Shown: positions 29,497-41,531, counted from the whole stretch's first letter. The stretch is 63,447 bases of DNA, filler included, from 5 parts of 5 records of this genome joined end to end with filler, not necessarily neighbours in it, one strand, 5' to 3'. Notes: generated by a model from the letters alone, not told the origin. Made by a program: numbers and translations.

Positions 29497-31400
29497 TGAG
29501 TCACCTGCTCGAATGCATCGTCAAAATAGAATTCATCCACACGGTGCACCCCGAAATGCGCGCCCGGATCATAGGCCCAGATCGCCTTTTCCGGCACATT
29601 GCGCAGATGTTTGGAAACCACAACAGGTTGCGGGGCCTCGGACAGGATGCCGATGGCGAATTGCTGATCTGCGTGGATGTCCAGCATCTCGCGCCAGATG
29701 GCCTTGCGCTCTGTAGGTATGGTGGTGTGAGACCAGTCATCAGCCAGTTGCATCAGCCGTTTGGCAGCTTCCATATCTGGTGGTTCGCCGGCGTTTCCGG
29801 CGGTGGCGTAATGCTGTCCCCATTTGGGCCAAGCGAAAAATTCCTGATTGGTCGGGGCCAGATATTTGGGAGAGGTCGCCGCAGTGGGCAGGCCATTGTC
29901 CCAGCCGAACCAGATCGCGGCCATGCTGACGCCAGCATAAACCCGGTTGCGCAGGATGTCGCGGTCCAGCGGGCGCATCACCAGTTTCACACCGATTTCG
30001 CGCCATGTGTCGGTGACAATGGCAAGCGCGTTTTCCACCTCCTGCCGTTCGCCCGCGGTTTCGATCACAAACTCCATCGGGCGGCCATCGGGCAGCAGGC
30101 GGATGCCCGCGTCATTGCGGTTGATCAACCCCATATCATCCAGCAGGGTATTGGCGGCGGCGATATCCATGCCCGACCATGCCAGCAGGTCGTCGGAGTT
30201 GAATAGCGGGCTGGACGAAAGGGCCGTCATCCCGCCCTCATTGCCAAGGCCAAAATACAAGGCACGGTTGATCATCCGCCGATCGATACCCATGCTGAGC
30301 GCACGGCGGAACCGCACGTCGCGCATCACTTCGCGCCAGACGGGGTCGTTGAAATTCAAATTCGGGTAGATCGCAATCTGGCTGGCCACACCACTGGCCC
30401 ATAACAAGGTGCGATAGTTGCCGCCATCGGTTTCCCCTTTCTTCAGGATCGACACATCCGGGAAATCAAGGCCGCGCGCCTGCAAGTCAACCTCGCCTGC
30501 ATTGGCCTTGGCCGCGACCAGTCCGCCCCCAACAATCGTCATGTTCACCACATCGATATAGGGCAATTGCAGGCCGCGTGTATCAATCCGGTGGTAGTAG
30601 GGATTGCGCACAAACAATTTGCGCGAACTGCGTCCGCTGGCATTGATCCAAGGCTGCAACGTCGGCTGGTCCGGGTTGTCGTATTTGTACATACTGTCGC
30701 GTTTGTTGTGCAACGCAGCCCAGCTTTTGACCCGTGCGCGTCGAACTTCTTCGGCCAGCACCTCGGTCTCGGCGAAATCTACATGGAACTGGCGTAGGTA
30801 ATGTGCAGGGCGGTATATGAACGGCGGGGCGGCCTGTGCCAGCAGCGGCAGGAAGTTGGAGTTCGGCGTGTCCCATTCAAAGATCACGGTGTGATCATCG
30901 GGAAAGGTGACACGGCCCAGCTTGTCATCGACGATCATGAACTCTGGCGGGCCGGAGGGGGTGATCTCGGCGTTGTTCACCACTTTTTCCCACCAATAGC
31001 GAAAATCACCGGAGGTGAAGGGCGCTCCATCAGACCAACGATGGCCGGGGCGCAGATGCAGGATGTACTTGCGGTCCTCGATCACTTCGATGTCGCGCAG
31101 GATGTCGGGGTAAAGTTCGTAATCAGGGCCGTATCCCACCAGCCGCGCATAGCCGTAAACAACCATCTGTCGCACGTCTTTCGAGCGGGTGACCAAAGTG
31201 CGCAACGTGCCGCCTTGTGTGCCAAAGGTACGGCCCTTCGCCTCCAGATCGACCACCAGCGGCGTGTCGGGCAGGCGCTCTCCAATCGGGGGCAGATTGC
31301 CGACCGCTACCTCCTGCGCCCAAAACGTGGTTTCCTGCAAGGGTGTTTGGGCAAGGGCCGGGGCGGCAAGAACCGCAAAAAGGGCAAGAAGCTTACGCAT
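29493..31400 (-). CDS. Family-5 ABC substrate-binding protein
   Basis: Signal peptide from ATG 31400 ([17 protein letters not shown]); GNLPPIGERLP, LRPGHRWSDGAPFTSGD, RNPYY, QLPYID; start overlaps the ATPase stop. Confidence 0.92.
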   Translation of the reverse strand: MRKLLALFAVLAAPALAQTPLQETTFWAQEVAVGNLPPIGERLPDTPLVVDLEAKGRTFGTQGGTLRTLVTRSKDVRQMVVYGYARLVGYGPDYELYPDILRDIEVIEDRKYILHLRPGHRWSDGAPFTSGDFRYWWEKVVNNAEITPSGPPEFMIVDDKLGRVTFPDDHTVIFEWDTPNSNFLPLLAQAAPPFIYRPAHYLRQFHVDFAETEVLAEEVRRARVKSWAALHNKRDSMYKYDNPDQPTLQPWINASGRSSRKLFVRNPYYHRIDTRGLQLPYIDVVNMTIVGGGLVAAKANAGEVDLQARGLDFPDVSILKKGETDGGNYRTLLWASGVASQIAIYPNLNFNDPVWREVMRDVRFRRALSMGIDRRMINRALYFGLGNEGGMTALSSSPLFNSDDLLAWSGMDIAAANTLLDDMGLINRNDAGIRLLPDGRPMEFVIETAGERQEVENALAIVTDTWREIGVKLVMRPLDRDILRNRVYAGVSMAAIWFGWDNGLPTAATSPKYLAPTNQEFFAWPKWGQHYATAGNAGEPPDMEAAKRLMQLADDWSHTTIPTERKAIWREMLDIHADQQFAIGILSEAPQPVVVSKHLRNVPEKAIWAYDPGAHFGVHRVDEFYFDDAFEQVTQ

Positions 31401-33162
31401 GGCAGCGCACCTTATGGCCCGGCTCCAGTTCGCGCAAGTCCGGCGCAGATGTGCCGTCAAAGCGGAACATCTCTGGCCAGCTGGTCGGCGCGCCAGCACC
31501 TTTGGCGACGAGATCAAGGTCGATCGGGCGGGTCACATCCGGTTCCGGTTGGGCGGCGATCAGTGCTTTGGTATAGGGATGTTGCGGGTTGTAGAACAGT
31601 GTGTCGGGCGGGGCCTGTTCGACGATGACACCGGCCCGCATCACCGCAACCTCATCTGCGATACGCGCCACCACCGCCAGATCGTGACTGATGAACAGAT
31701 AGCTCAGCTTGGCCTGATCGCGGATATCCTCAAGCAGGGTCAGGATCTGGTCCTGCACAGAGACGTCGAGGGCGCTGGTCGGCTCATCACAGATCAACAG
31801 CTTGGGATCCAGTGTCAGTGCGCGCGCAATCGACAACCGCTGCCGCTGCCCACCGGAAAATGCGTGCGGGTACCGGCGCAGCATATCGGGGTTCAGCCCG
31901 ACCAGCCGCAACATCTCGGCGGCTTTTTCGACGCGTTCCTTGCGGTTGCCTATCGCGTGGATTTCCATCGGCTCCACCAGCGCCTCAAGCACACGCATGC
32001 GCGGACTAAGCGAGGAATAGGGATCCTGAAACACCATCTGCGCCTGACGTTGAAAGGCCGTGCGCTGGGCTGCGCTCATATCGTGCACGGGCAGGGCGGG
32101 TTCATCGGCTACGGGGCAAAACAGAACTTCGCCCCCGGGATCTGGCCGCTCTGCACCCAAAGCGACCCGCGCACATGTGGTCTTGCCAGACCCGCTTTCC
32201 CCCACCACGGCCAGCGTTTTGCCGCGCGGCACTTGCAGGTTCACATCGCGACAGGCGGTGATCGCAACAGGTGCCCGCCAGCCGCTGGCCCGCATCGTAT
32301 AGGTCTTGGTTACCTTCTTCAGATCAAGGATCACATCATCATAGGCCAGTTCAGGTGCCGGGGTGGCAACCGTCGGGATCATCGGTGCGGCCGCAAACAG
32401 CTTGGCGGTATACCCATGGGCGGGTGCGGCAAGAATATGTTCGGCACGTCCGGCCTCCATCACCCGACCCTTGTTCATTACCACCACCTGCTGCGCCATA
32501 TTGGCAACCACACCCAGATCATGGGTCACAAGGATCACCGCCATGCCGGTGTCCTTCTGCAGGGTGTTGATCAAGCCCAGAACCTGTGCCTGTGTGGTCA
32601 CATCCAGCGCCGTGGTCGGTTCATCCGCGATCAGTAACTCCGGTTGCGCCACCATGGCCATGGCAATCATCGCCCGTTGACGCATGCCGCCCGACATCTC
32701 AAAAGGATAGCTGGAAAAGGCCCGCGCGGGATCAACAAAACCGACCTTGTCGAATTGTTCCAGCACCCGTCGCTTCGCCTCGCGGGCACCCATGTCGCGG
32801 TGAATGCGCAACACCTCGCCCACCTGATCACCCAACCGGTGCAGGGGTGACAGGGAGCGCATCGGTTCCTGAAAAATCATCGCAATCCGGTTGCCGCGAA
32901 TGGACCGCAGCTGCCGTTCCGGGCAGGTCAGCAAGTCCACCGATCCTGCGCTGCCGGCCAAGGTTACCGACCCGCCCCGGATCTGCGCCGCCCCGGGCAA
33001 GATCCGCAAGGCGGTGCGGCAAGTCAGCGTTTTGCCTGACCCGCTTTCACCGACCAGTGCCAGCGTTTCCCCGGCGGAAACGGAAAAGCTCACGTCCTGT
33101 ACCACCGCAGGCGCGTCACCAAAGCCGATTGTAAGCCCTTCTACGTCCAGCAAAGAGGTCAT
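31393..33162 (-). CDS. Fused dual-ATPase peptide ABC transporter ATP-binding protein
   Basis: Two GESGSGKT Walker A motifs, MSGGMRQR and FSGGQRQR signatures, two DEPT Walker B motifs. Confidence 0.95.
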   Translation of the reverse strand: MTSLLDVEGLTIGFGDAPAVVQDVSFSVSAGETLALVGESGSGKTLTCRTALRILPGAAQIRGGSVTLAGSAGSVDLLTCPERQLRSIRGNRIAMIFQEPMRSLSPLHRLGDQVGEVLRIHRDMGAREAKRRVLEQFDKVGFVDPARAFSSYPFEMSGGMRQRAMIAMAMVAQPELLIADEPTTALDVTTQAQVLGLINTLQKDTGMAVILVTHDLGVVANMAQQVVVMNKGRVMEAGRAEHILAAPAHGYTAKLFAAAPMIPTVATPAPELAYDDVILDLKKVTKTYTMRASGWRAPVAITACRDVNLQVPRGKTLAVVGESGSGKTTCARVALGAERPDPGGEVLFCPVADEPALPVHDMSAAQRTAFQRQAQMVFQDPYSSLSPRMRVLEALVEPMEIHAIGNRKERVEKAAEMLRLVGLNPDMLRRYPHAFSGGQRQRLSIARALTLDPKLLICDEPTSALDVSVQDQILTLLEDIRDQAKLSYLFISHDLAVVARIADEVAVMRAGVIVEQAPPDTLFYNPQHPYTKALIAAQPEPDVTRPIDLDLVAKGAGAPTSWPEMFRFDGTSAPDLRELEPGHKVRCHA

Positions 33163-33344
33163 TTAGGTCCTAACAATGGTTTCAGCCTTTGGATTCGGAG
33201 TGAAGCCGATTTGGGCCGACCCGTCCAGCAGGGAAACCTCACGCGGTTGTGCCCGGGCCTGCACTGGCCCCTGACGGTGCATTCAGGTTACACAAGGGCT
33301 GAAAAGGTGCACATTGTGCCTCTCCCCAGCAAAAGGAAAACGCC

Positions 33345-33827
33345 ATGAGCCGCCTTGATCACTTTATCAACCGAATGGTGTCGCAGCGCGCCTGTCTTGA
33401 TCACGCGATTGCGCTGACCGCCACAATGGAAGGGCCGGTGTTCGAGCTGGGTTTGGGCAATGGACGCACCTATCACCATATGGTCGAGAAAATGCCACAG
33501 CGCGCTGTCTATGTATTTGAGCGCGCTGTGGCTTCGCACCCTAAGAGCACGCCACCGGATGATATGCTGATCCTTGGCGATGTGCATGACACGCTTGTGC
33601 AGGCGCTGGAACGGTTCGGCCCCACTGCGACTTTGATCCATGCGGACCTGGGTGGGCATAACCCGGAAAAGAACGACGCATTTGCCCGGGCGATCTCTCC
33701 TCTGGTTGAACCGCTGCTGGCCGCTGGCGGTCTGATGGTGGCCAGCGACCGGATGTATTTCGACAAGCTGACAGAGCAGGAACTGCCTGCGGATGCTGTA
33801 GCAAACAGCTGCTTCATTTACGGGTAA
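33345..33827 (+). CDS. Small class I SAM-dependent methyltransferase-like protein (Methyltransf_17-like)
   Basis: MSRLDHFINRMVSQRACLD, motif I VFELGLGNGRTY, LIHADLG. Confidence 0.8.
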   Translation: MSRLDHFINRMVSQRACLDHAIALTATMEGPVFELGLGNGRTYHHMVEKMPQRAVYVFERAVASHPKSTPPDDMLILGDVHDTLVQALERFGPTATLIHADLGGHNPEKNDAFARAISPLVEPLLAAGGLMVASDRMYFDKLTEQELPADAVANSCFIYG

Positions 33828-33866
33828 CACACCCGCGGCGACGTTACGTAACTCCCTTATCGGCCA

Positions 33867-33897
33867 AGGCCCCTTGCAGGAATCGCAAGGGGTCTTT
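33867..33897 (+). terminator. Probable terminator after the methyltransferase
   Basis: aggccccttgc-aggaatc-gcaaggggtct followed by a short T run. Confidence 0.55.
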
Positions 33898-33912
33898 ACG
33901 TCTTGGCGTAAG

Positions 33913-33940
33913 AACTGAAATTCAGTTTTACTATGTGAAA
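33913..33940. promoter_or_regulatory. Overlapping palindromes, candidate IclR operator
   Basis: AACTGAA-A-TTCAGTT (33913-33927) and TTTTAC-TAT-GTGAAA (33926-33940) upstream of the IclR gene. Confidence 0.5.
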
Positions 33941-34006
33941 CAAGTGGGGCGTGCCATTGCAGAAGACCGGGCAAACCAGATTAAATTGCGCAGAAGGTGC
34001 GGTGCG

Positions 34007-34783
34007 ATGAGCGCCGAAACCACGGATCGTAAGTTTGCCAATACGCTGGGGCGGGGCCTTGGGATTCTGCGTGTTTTCCACGCAAGTGATAACGGGTTGA
34101 CCCATGCTGAAATCGCCGCCCGTACCGGTCTGCCTAAACCGACCATATCGCGTTTAACCTATACACTTTGCGAGCTGGGCTATCTGGCACATGGTGGGCG
34201 CAATGAACGTTTCAGGTTGGGACCGGCAGCGGTTGCGCTGGGGTCGGTGGCCTCTTTGTCCAACAGCTTTGTCGATCTGGCGTCTGACACGATGCAACAG
34301 CTGGCAGATGAAACCGGCACGCTGGCATTGATCGCGGTGCGCGACGGGGCGCGGATGTTGCTGGTCAAGACATGGCGGCCCAGCGGTGCTGCGACGATCT
34401 GGCTTGATCCGGGGCAGCGCATTCCGGTTTATGGATCCTCTTCCGGTCTGGCCGTGCTGGCCTCTTTGGACAAGGACAAGTTTGCGCCGCTGGACGATGG
34501 TGGTGAGATGACCCAGTTCCGGCAGGAAGGCTATGATCAGTTGATCGGTCAGGGCTTTGCCGTGGCACCTGCGCCCACCCGTTATGCCAGCACCGTGAAT
34601 GCGGTCAGCGTGCCCTATTATGCAACAGAATTTGGCGAAAGCGTCGCCTTTACCTGCGGCGCCCTGCCGCGCGATTTGCCGGACTCTCGGATGTTCGCGG
34701 AAGTCGGGCCCGCCCTTAGAGACGCCGTGCGCCGCCTAGAACACCGAACCGGCCATGCGCCTGCATTGGCCCGGCGTGGATGA
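34007..34783 (+). CDS. IclR-family transcriptional regulator
   Basis: ANTLGRGLGIL...EIAARTGLPKPTISRLTYTLCELGYL HTH; ATG 34007 preferred over GTG 33935. Confidence 0.92.
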   Translation: MSAETTDRKFANTLGRGLGILRVFHASDNGLTHAEIAARTGLPKPTISRLTYTLCELGYLAHGGRNERFRLGPAAVALGSVASLSNSFVDLASDTMQQLADETGTLALIAVRDGARMLLVKTWRPSGAATIWLDPGQRIPVYGSSSGLAVLASLDKDKFAPLDDGGEMTQFRQEGYDQLIGQGFAVAPAPTRYASTVNAVSVPYYATEFGESVAFTCGALPRDLPDSRMFAEVGPALRDAVRRLEHRTGHAPALARRG

Positions 34784-34797
34784 ACCTTCAGGAGACT

Positions 34798-36897
34798 ATG
34801 ATGACCGATAAAATCGCCTATACCCGACAGGATGAGATTGCTGTGCTGCGCATCCAGAACCCGCCAGTGAATGCGCTGTCGCAGGCGGTGCGTCAGGGCT
34901 TGTGGGATGCGATGGACCGCGCCGAAGCGGATGAAGGCGTGCGCGCTGTACTGATCGTCGGTGAGGGCCGTGCCTTTATCGCCGGGGCTGACATTACCGA
35001 ATTTGGCAAGCCGCCGATGGAACCCTATCTGCCGGTTCTCTGTACGCGGATCGAAGCATCCCCGCTGTTGGTTGTTGCTTCCATGCATGGGGTTTCGCTG
35101 GGCGGCGGTTTGGAAATTGCGCTCAGCGCCCATTACCGCATTGCGCAACCCAGCGCCCGTGTGGGGCTGCCCGAAGTGCATCTGGGCCTGATCCCCGGTG
35201 CTGGCGGTACCCAGCGTTTGCCGCGTCTCGCCGGGGTGGAGAAATCGCTTGATATGATCACCAGCGGCCGTCAGGTCAAAGCCGCCGAGGCACTGGATAT
35301 GGGCGTGGTGGATCGCGTCAGCGAAGGTGACCCAGAGGCGGTTGGCCTGGCCTTTACCCGCGACCTGCTTGCCGAAGGGGCCAAGCCACGTCCGGTGAGC
35401 GAACTGCCCGCGGCACCTGCAATCGACTGGGATGCCACTTATGACGCCGTGCTGAAAAAAGGCCGTGGTCAGATCAGCCCGGCCAAAGCTGTGCGCGCGG
35501 TGCAAGCGGCCAGCGAGCTGCCCTTTGCCGAAGGGATGGCAAAGGAGCGTAATCTGTTCATGGAATTGATGGAGACAGATCAACGCCAAGGCATGATCCA
35601 TGCGTTTTTCTCGGAACGCGCGGTTGGGAATCTGCCAGAGCTGAAAGGTGTGGCACCTCGTGAACTCAAGGCCATTGGCGTGATCGGGGGCGGCACGATG
35701 GGTGCCGGTATTGCCACCGCGGCATTGCTCTCGGGCTTTGATGTTGTCCTGATCGAGATGAAAGCCGAAGCTGCCGAAGCTGCGCATGGTCGGATCAGTG
35801 GCAACCTGTCCGGTGCGTTGAAACGTGGCAAAATCAGTCAGGAAAAATTCGATACGCTGACGCAAAGGGCGCTTATGGTCTCCACCGATTATGACGCATT
35901 GAAAGACGTCGATCTGGTGGTCGAAGCTGTATTTGAAAATATGGACGTCAAGAAAGAGGTCTTTGGCAAACTTGACGCTGTCTGCAAACCGGGCTGCATT
36001 CTGGCCTCCAACACTTCTTACCTTGATGTCGACGAAATTGCCGCCTCAACCGCGCGCCCTGCGGATGTGATCGGGCTGCATTTCTTCTCACCGGCACATA
36101 TCATGAAACTGCTTGAGGTGGTTGTCGCCGAGAAAACCGCCCCCGATGTTGTTGCCACCGGTTTTGCGTTGGGCAAGGCGCTGGGTAAAATCTCTGTCCG
36201 TGCAGGCGTTTGTGACGGGTTTATCGGCAACCGGATCTTGGCCACCTACCGCACGGCGGCAGATCACATGGTGCTGGATGGTGCAACGCCCTATCAGATC
36301 GACAAGGCGCTGGTGGATTTCGGATTTGCCATGGGGCCGTTCGCTGTGGCTGACCTTGCCGGTCTCGACATTGGCTGGATGACCCGCAAACGCAAAGCGC
36401 CACATCGCCATCCGGCGGAACGTGTGCCGACCTATATCGACCACCTGTGTGAAGAGGGGCATTTTGGCCAGAAAACCGGTGAAGGGTATTATCTCTATGA
36501 AGCGGGGAAACGTGCGGGCGTGCCGAACCCCAAGATTGCCGAGTTGGTCGCCGCCGAGCAGGCAAGCCTCGGAATTACGCCACGTCCCTTCACCGATGAA
36601 GAGATTGTGCGTCGCTACATGTGTGCCATGGTGAATGAGGCGGCAAAGGTCGTGGGTGAAGGCATCGCGCGCCGTCCGCTGGACGTCGATATGACGCTGC
36701 TCTTTGGCTACGGATTTCCGCGCTATTGGGGGGGACCCATGAAATGGGCCGATATTGTGGGGCTGGACACCGTGCTGGCCGATATCGAGCACTACGCGTC
36801 AGAGGACGCATGGTTCTGGCAACCCGCGCCACTATTGAAAACTCTGGTGGCCGAGGGCCGCACATTTGATGATCTGAATAAGGACGCCGCAAAATGA
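34798..36897 (+). CDS. pimF: Bifunctional enoyl-CoA hydratase/3-hydroxyacyl-CoA dehydrogenase (PimF-like)
   Basis: [56 protein letters not shown] before ATG 34798/34801. Confidence 0.88.
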   Translation: MMTDKIAYTRQDEIAVLRIQNPPVNALSQAVRQGLWDAMDRAEADEGVRAVLIVGEGRAFIAGADITEFGKPPMEPYLPVLCTRIEASPLLVVASMHGVSLGGGLEIALSAHYRIAQPSARVGLPEVHLGLIPGAGGTQRLPRLAGVEKSLDMITSGRQVKAAEALDMGVVDRVSEGDPEAVGLAFTRDLLAEGAKPRPVSELPAAPAIDWDATYDAVLKKGRGQISPAKAVRAVQAASELPFAEGMAKERNLFMELMETDQRQGMIHAFFSERAVGNLPELKGVAPRELKAIGVIGGGTMGAGIATAALLSGFDVVLIEMKAEAAEAAHGRISGNLSGALKRGKISQEKFDTLTQRALMVSTDYDALKDVDLVVEAVFENMDVKKEVFGKLDAVCKPGCILASNTSYLDVDEIAASTARPADVIGLHFFSPAHIMKLLEVVVAEKTAPDVVATGFALGKALGKISVRAGVCDGFIGNRILATYRTAADHMVLDGATPYQIDKALVDFGFAMGPFAVADLAGLDIGWMTRKRKAPHRHPAERVPTYIDHLCEEGHFGQKTGEGYYLYEAGKRAGVPNPKIAELVAAEQASLGITPRPFTDEEIVRRYMCAMVNEAAKVVGEGIARRPLDVDMTLLFGYGFPRYWGGPMKWADIVGLDTVLADIEHYASEDAWFWQPAPLLKTLVAEGRTFDDLNKDAAK

Positions 36898-38066
36898 AAC
36901 AAGCTGTTATTGTCTCCACCGCTCGTACGGGCCTTGCGAAGTCCTTTCGCGGTTCGTTCAACATGACACACGGGGCCGCAATGGGGGGGCACGTTGTGCA
37001 ACATGCGGTCGAACGCGCAGGCCTTGACCCTTCCCAGATCGAAGATGTTGTCATGGGCTGCGCTACACCCGAAGGGGCGACCGGTGGCAATATTGCACGC
37101 CAGATTGCCCTGCGTGCCGGTCTGCCGATCACGGCAGCGGGCGTCACGGTAAACCGCTTCTGCTCTTCCGGCTTGCAGACCATCGCCATGGCAGCCAACG
37201 CCATCACTCAGGAGGGTGCGGGCCCGATGGTGGCAGGCGGTGTTGAGAGCATTTCAATGGTGCAGCCCCATGCCAAATCAGTGAAAGACGCATGGCTGGA
37301 AGAACATAAACCGGCCATCTACATGACCATGATTGAAACTGCGGATATCGTGGCCGAACGTTATGGCCTTAGCCGGGAATATCAGGATGAATTCGGCCTG
37401 CGCAGCCAGCGGTTGATCGCTGCAGCGCAAGCAGCGGGCAAGTTCGATCATGAAATTGTGCCGATGAAAACCACCATGGGTGTGCAGGATAAAGAGACCA
37501 AGGAAATCTCTTATCATGAGGTCACGGTGGACAAGGACGAATGCAATCGCCCGAACACAACGCTGGAAGGGCTGGCCGGGCTAAGCCCGGTGCGCGAAGG
37601 CGGGTTCGTGACCGCAGGCAACGCCAGCCAGCTGTCGGATGGTGCCGCGGCTGTGGTGGTCATGGATAGTAAAGAGGCCGAAAAGCAAGGGCTTGAGCCG
37701 CTGGGCGCGTTCAAAGGCTTTGCGGTTGCAGGCTGTGAACCTGATGAGATGGGCATTGGCCCGATCTATGCGGTGCCGCGCTTGCTGGAACGTCATGGGT
37801 TGAAAATCGACGACATTGACCTGTGGGAGCTGAACGAAGCTTTCGCCTCACAATGCCTATATTCCCGTGACACGCTGGGCATCGACCCTGAGAAGTACAA
37901 CGTCAACGGCGGCTCTATCGCGATTGGCCACCCCTTTGGCATGACCGGTGCCCGCTGCACAGGCCATCTGCTGCTTGAGGGTAAACGGCGCGGCGCGAAA
38001 CTGGGTGTTGTGACCATGTGTATCGGCGGCGGCATGGGGGCTGCTGGATTGTTCGAAATTTTCTAA
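36894..38066 (+). CDS. pimB: Acetyl-CoA C-acyltransferase (thiolase, PimB-like)
   Basis: NRFCSSG, NEAFA, GHPFG, CIGGGMG. Confidence 0.9.
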   Translation: MKQAVIVSTARTGLAKSFRGSFNMTHGAAMGGHVVQHAVERAGLDPSQIEDVVMGCATPEGATGGNIARQIALRAGLPITAAGVTVNRFCSSGLQTIAMAANAITQEGAGPMVAGGVESISMVQPHAKSVKDAWLEEHKPAIYMTMIETADIVAERYGLSREYQDEFGLRSQRLIAAAQAAGKFDHEIVPMKTTMGVQDKETKEISYHEVTVDKDECNRPNTTLEGLAGLSPVREGGFVTAGNASQLSDGAAAVVVMDSKEAEKQGLEPLGAFKGFAVAGCEPDEMGIGPIYAVPRLLERHGLKIDDIDLWELNEAFASQCLYSRDTLGIDPEKYNVNGGSIAIGHPFGMTGARCTGHLLLEGKRRGAKLGVVTMCIGGGMGAAGLFEIF

Positions 38067-38180
38067 GCCGTTTTGGGGACCATCTGAAACCCATCCGGCA
38101 AGGCGTAAGCACCCTTCGGGAAAATACCGCCTTGCCAGACATCAGAACCTGAAACCGGCCATCTTTAAGGGAGTGACAAT

Positions 38181-38579
38181 ATGGACCTGAGCTATTCAGA
38201 CGAGGAAAAGGCATTCCGCGAGGAGGTGCGCAGTTTTCTGGCAGAGAAATTGCCGAAAGAGCTGCGCGACAAGGTTGCAGGCAGTGACGGTGACGGGCTG
38301 ACCAAGGCCGATATGGAACGCTGGCACGCGATCCTGAACGAACAGGGCTGGCTGGTGCCGAACTGGCCCAAGAAATTCGGCGGTGCCGAATGGAACGCAG
38401 TGCAAAAACACATCTTCGAAGAAGAGGCCGCTGCAGCGGATGCACCACGCATTGTGCCCTTTGGCTTTTCCATGCTGGCACCTGTGCTACATAAATTCGG
38501 ATCACAAGAGCAGAATGATTATTGGCTGCCACGCATGTTGAACGGCGATGACTGGTGGTGTCAGGGCTATTCCGAACCG
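38181..38579 (+). CDS. pimC: Acyl-CoA dehydrogenase (PimC-like large subunit), 3'-truncated
   Basis: MDLSYSDEEKAFREEVRSFL, WPKKFGG, WCQGYSEP. Confidence 0.82.
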
Positions 38580-38679
38580 NNNNNNNNNNNNNNNNNNNNN
38601 NNNNNNNNNNNNNNNNNNNNNNNTTAATTAATTAANNNNNNNNNNNNNNNNNNNNNNNNNNNNNNNNNNNNNNNNNNNN
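38580..38679. other. Artificial contig spacer
   Basis: N-run/TTAATTAATTAA/N-run. Confidence 0.99.
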
Positions 38680-38722
38680 AGACATGCATTTGTATTCCAT
38701 GGCGGCCAGAGGGAGCCTGCTT

Positions 38723-39813
38723 CTACTGTAGGCTGCTAGAGCGCGCGAGAGACGCGGCTCCGCGCAACGCCCCAAGCAGCGCGCGGACAGCAATCACGCA
38801 CGCCACAATCCAGAGTCGCGACGGTACGGAAAGCGTGCCAGAGCCGATCCACGGCGCCACATCCTCACTCTGAAACATCGGCGCTGGAACGTCGGAGCCA
38901 AAGAACACGGAGGTTCCTACAAAGCACAGCTGCAGGCGGCACAGACGGTTCGGCCAAAGCACACAGTCACACGTTTGTGCTCTCATTGCGTACCGCCGTC
39001 ATTCTTCCATACGCGCCGGCGAGGTTCCCAACCGACATGCGCAACCCTTGCCCGGGTATTCCCGTCCTCATGACATTGTTGCAACGTACCTCGAGAACTC
39101 TCGGCAAGAAAGGCGCCACGCTGTTTCCGTGCATGCGAGTTGACAGCGATACTATTCGAGATGACAGATTGAGAATTCCGCAAGCATCACACGCACGCGC
39201 GCGCTCGCGCATTGAGACGCAGAATGGGCGGAGCAGCACCGGCGCCACAGAAAACGCGATGATTTTTTTTTATACGCAATACTCGGCATAGTTAACATAC
39301 CAATACTCTGTAGATCCTTTTCTTGGGTGCGAATCTGACGCTCTAAGCGGCTCCGTTCGACGAAATTCGCCGCTCCGATGAGTTTATCCAACTGAGCTCG
39401 CTTCTCGTTGATCGCGCCGCGAAGAGCAACTTCATCAGCGGAAACCTGAAGCGAGCATCGACAAACCACACAACTCTCAAATACGGTACGCGCCTTCCAC
39501 GCGTGCGCATGCAATCTTTCTGCACCATGCAATTTTCATACCGCATGGCCCACCGTGGGGCAATACATATGTATATTCTCGCGGGGAGGGGAAGAGCCGT
39601 CGCTTGCGAAGCGTACACGCCGGTCGAACTGTGCTTGTGAGAGAGATTCCGCACGGCACGAGTAGGTACAACTTGCGTACGCAAAACACGTACCTTTCGC
39701 TGCGAGCACGCGGCCCGCACAAGCATCAACATGCATTCAAATAAAAACACCGCAGCAAACACCAGTGCTGGTGCCGGCAAATACGCGACTAGTTCGCGAA
39801 CACCAGTCCACAT
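38723..39813 (-). CDS. GET1: Eukaryotic GET1/WRB-like tail-anchored protein insertase; 4 exons (39813-39694, 39445-39301, 39151-39090, 38929-38723), 177 aa
   Basis: All three introns are GT..AG (donors GTACGT, GTATGT, GTACGT) with matching phases 0/1/0. The product has TM1, a coiled coil (LRGAINEKRAQLDKLIGAANFVERSRLERQIRTQEKDL, compare WRB FARYARLERKI) and two C-terminal hydrophobic segments (LWIVAC). Confidence 0.75.
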
Positions 39814-41511
39814 GGTGTTTCCGGGGCGCGAGGCTAGTCACAGAGGCGGCCTGCGTGGTTCCAACAGGTTGCAAGTGCTCTTCGTGCGCTACAGCACCAC
39901 CTGCGATGCCGGTCTAGCGTACTAGGGTCTTACATAGAGCTCCTTTCCCCGACGCGATCGAAATGAAGGATGCGCAGTCCTCTCCCGCAGGACCGCTACT
40001 CCGGCGCGCCCGTCCCGCAACAAAGGCTTTGGTATTCATGCCCCCCTACGCATGTACAAATGCACGAGCCGTCTCATCACCACAATCTATAGGGAAAAAA
40101 TCGAAGATTTTCCTGCTAAAGAACTTTGCTTGGAGAGCAAAGGGCTATCCGAAGGTAGGTGGGCTTGCAAGAACACCTGCATCAGGCAACGCTGCAGTTG
40201 TTGAGGCACGGTGCCATACTCGAAGGATGACGCCCTAGAGGACCCAACCAGGAAATCGCAGCAATTTGCTCTCGCCAATGGTTTAGATGGTAGGTCTGTG
40301 ATGATTTTCCCAAGCCAGGAGAGGTGCGGAACAGCTGTCGCCCGTACGTACGGCGCCGGCGTTCACGACAGTCGCTACGCAGGCCGCGCGCGGTACTTGG
40401 CGAGCAGAGCAGTGTCCTTGCGGTTCGGTGCGGCAAGCTTTGGCCAGGTGTGTCGGGGGAGATTGGTCACCATGCTGTTGCACGTGCGCTGCAGTGTACT
40501 TTGTACGGAGAATATAAGTCATAGCTGGTCTGTCGCACGGGTTTTCGCTTCGCTGTCCCACGTGCGCGCTGCGGGAAGGCCGAATGAGAAAAGGAGCGCG
40601 CTTCGCGTTCGCGTATTTGATAGGTGGTGCTTTTGCTTCCAGGCCCCGCGCGTTGCTCGTAGGCGGCGAGTAGCCACCTGCTGCTTGATTCCTGCTGGTA
40701 TGTCGAATCTTTTTGTCATCCCGAAGTATTGTCATACGCTTATTGTCGCATAGTATATCCTTGCACTAGCGCTGCTGAGCGCCTGTCGCCGCGCGCGGCA
40801 ACGTTGTGCGGGTGCTGCGGCTTTGCAGCCAACTCGCTGCTCTCTGCGCGCCCGAGCTGCGTCTCTTCGCTGGCGCTTGCCCGCGGCGCCCTCTGCGCAG
40901 GCCGCGTAGGCGGCGTGGTTTGCTCCACGGCACACCATGCTGCTCGAGCGATACTTCCCTGCGAGAAGGAAAGTGGAGAATGCTAGTCATCGTTTTTTTT
41001 GCGCTATAGTGCCATATTGCATACGCGAGATGCTGGTTTCTTTGCTGCTGCGGAAGCACAATGCAAGTGCAGGAGTTGGTGCGTTGCACTCCTCGAGTGG
41101 GTGTCAACCTGTCGAATGTTGCCGTCCCTGCCCGTACGCGACTATACGGTGCCCTTCTCCTTGCTTGATGTGGGTTCCCGCCGCCTCTGAATTGTTCCAT
41201 GTAACACTCTTTCCTGTGGAAGAAACAATAGTATGTCTCTCCTATTTGCTGGAGTACGCTACTTTTCCCTCTTCCGAATGCAGAGAAAGGGCCTTTGCTG
41301 GCGCTGGGCTGGGCACCACGCCTTTGTGTTTGCGCAAGGCAGCACATCGTCTCGAGTGCAGTAGTGGGTCGCCCTGTAGTGCGCTCTGCTTAACTCTGCA
41401 TCGAAAACGGGGACACTGGATCGCCCTATGCGACGCTTTATTTTTTCTTTCTAGAGATATTATGTCTTGTATTTAGACCTTGCTGTAGAACAAAGTGGGG
41501 CACTGTGGTGC

Positions 41512-41531
41512 GTGTGTATGTGTGTGTGTGT
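41512..41531. repeat. (TG)n microsatellite-like tract
   Basis: gtgtgtatgtgtgtgtgtgt; a similar tract lies at ~47949-47966 within an intron. Confidence 0.6.

Noticed and set aside
31189..32637. 482-aa plus-strand ORF and many other overlapping ORFs in the GC-rich contigs
   Set aside because: Antisense to well-supported ABC, MscS and pim genes; long shadow ORFs are expected with high-GC codon bias
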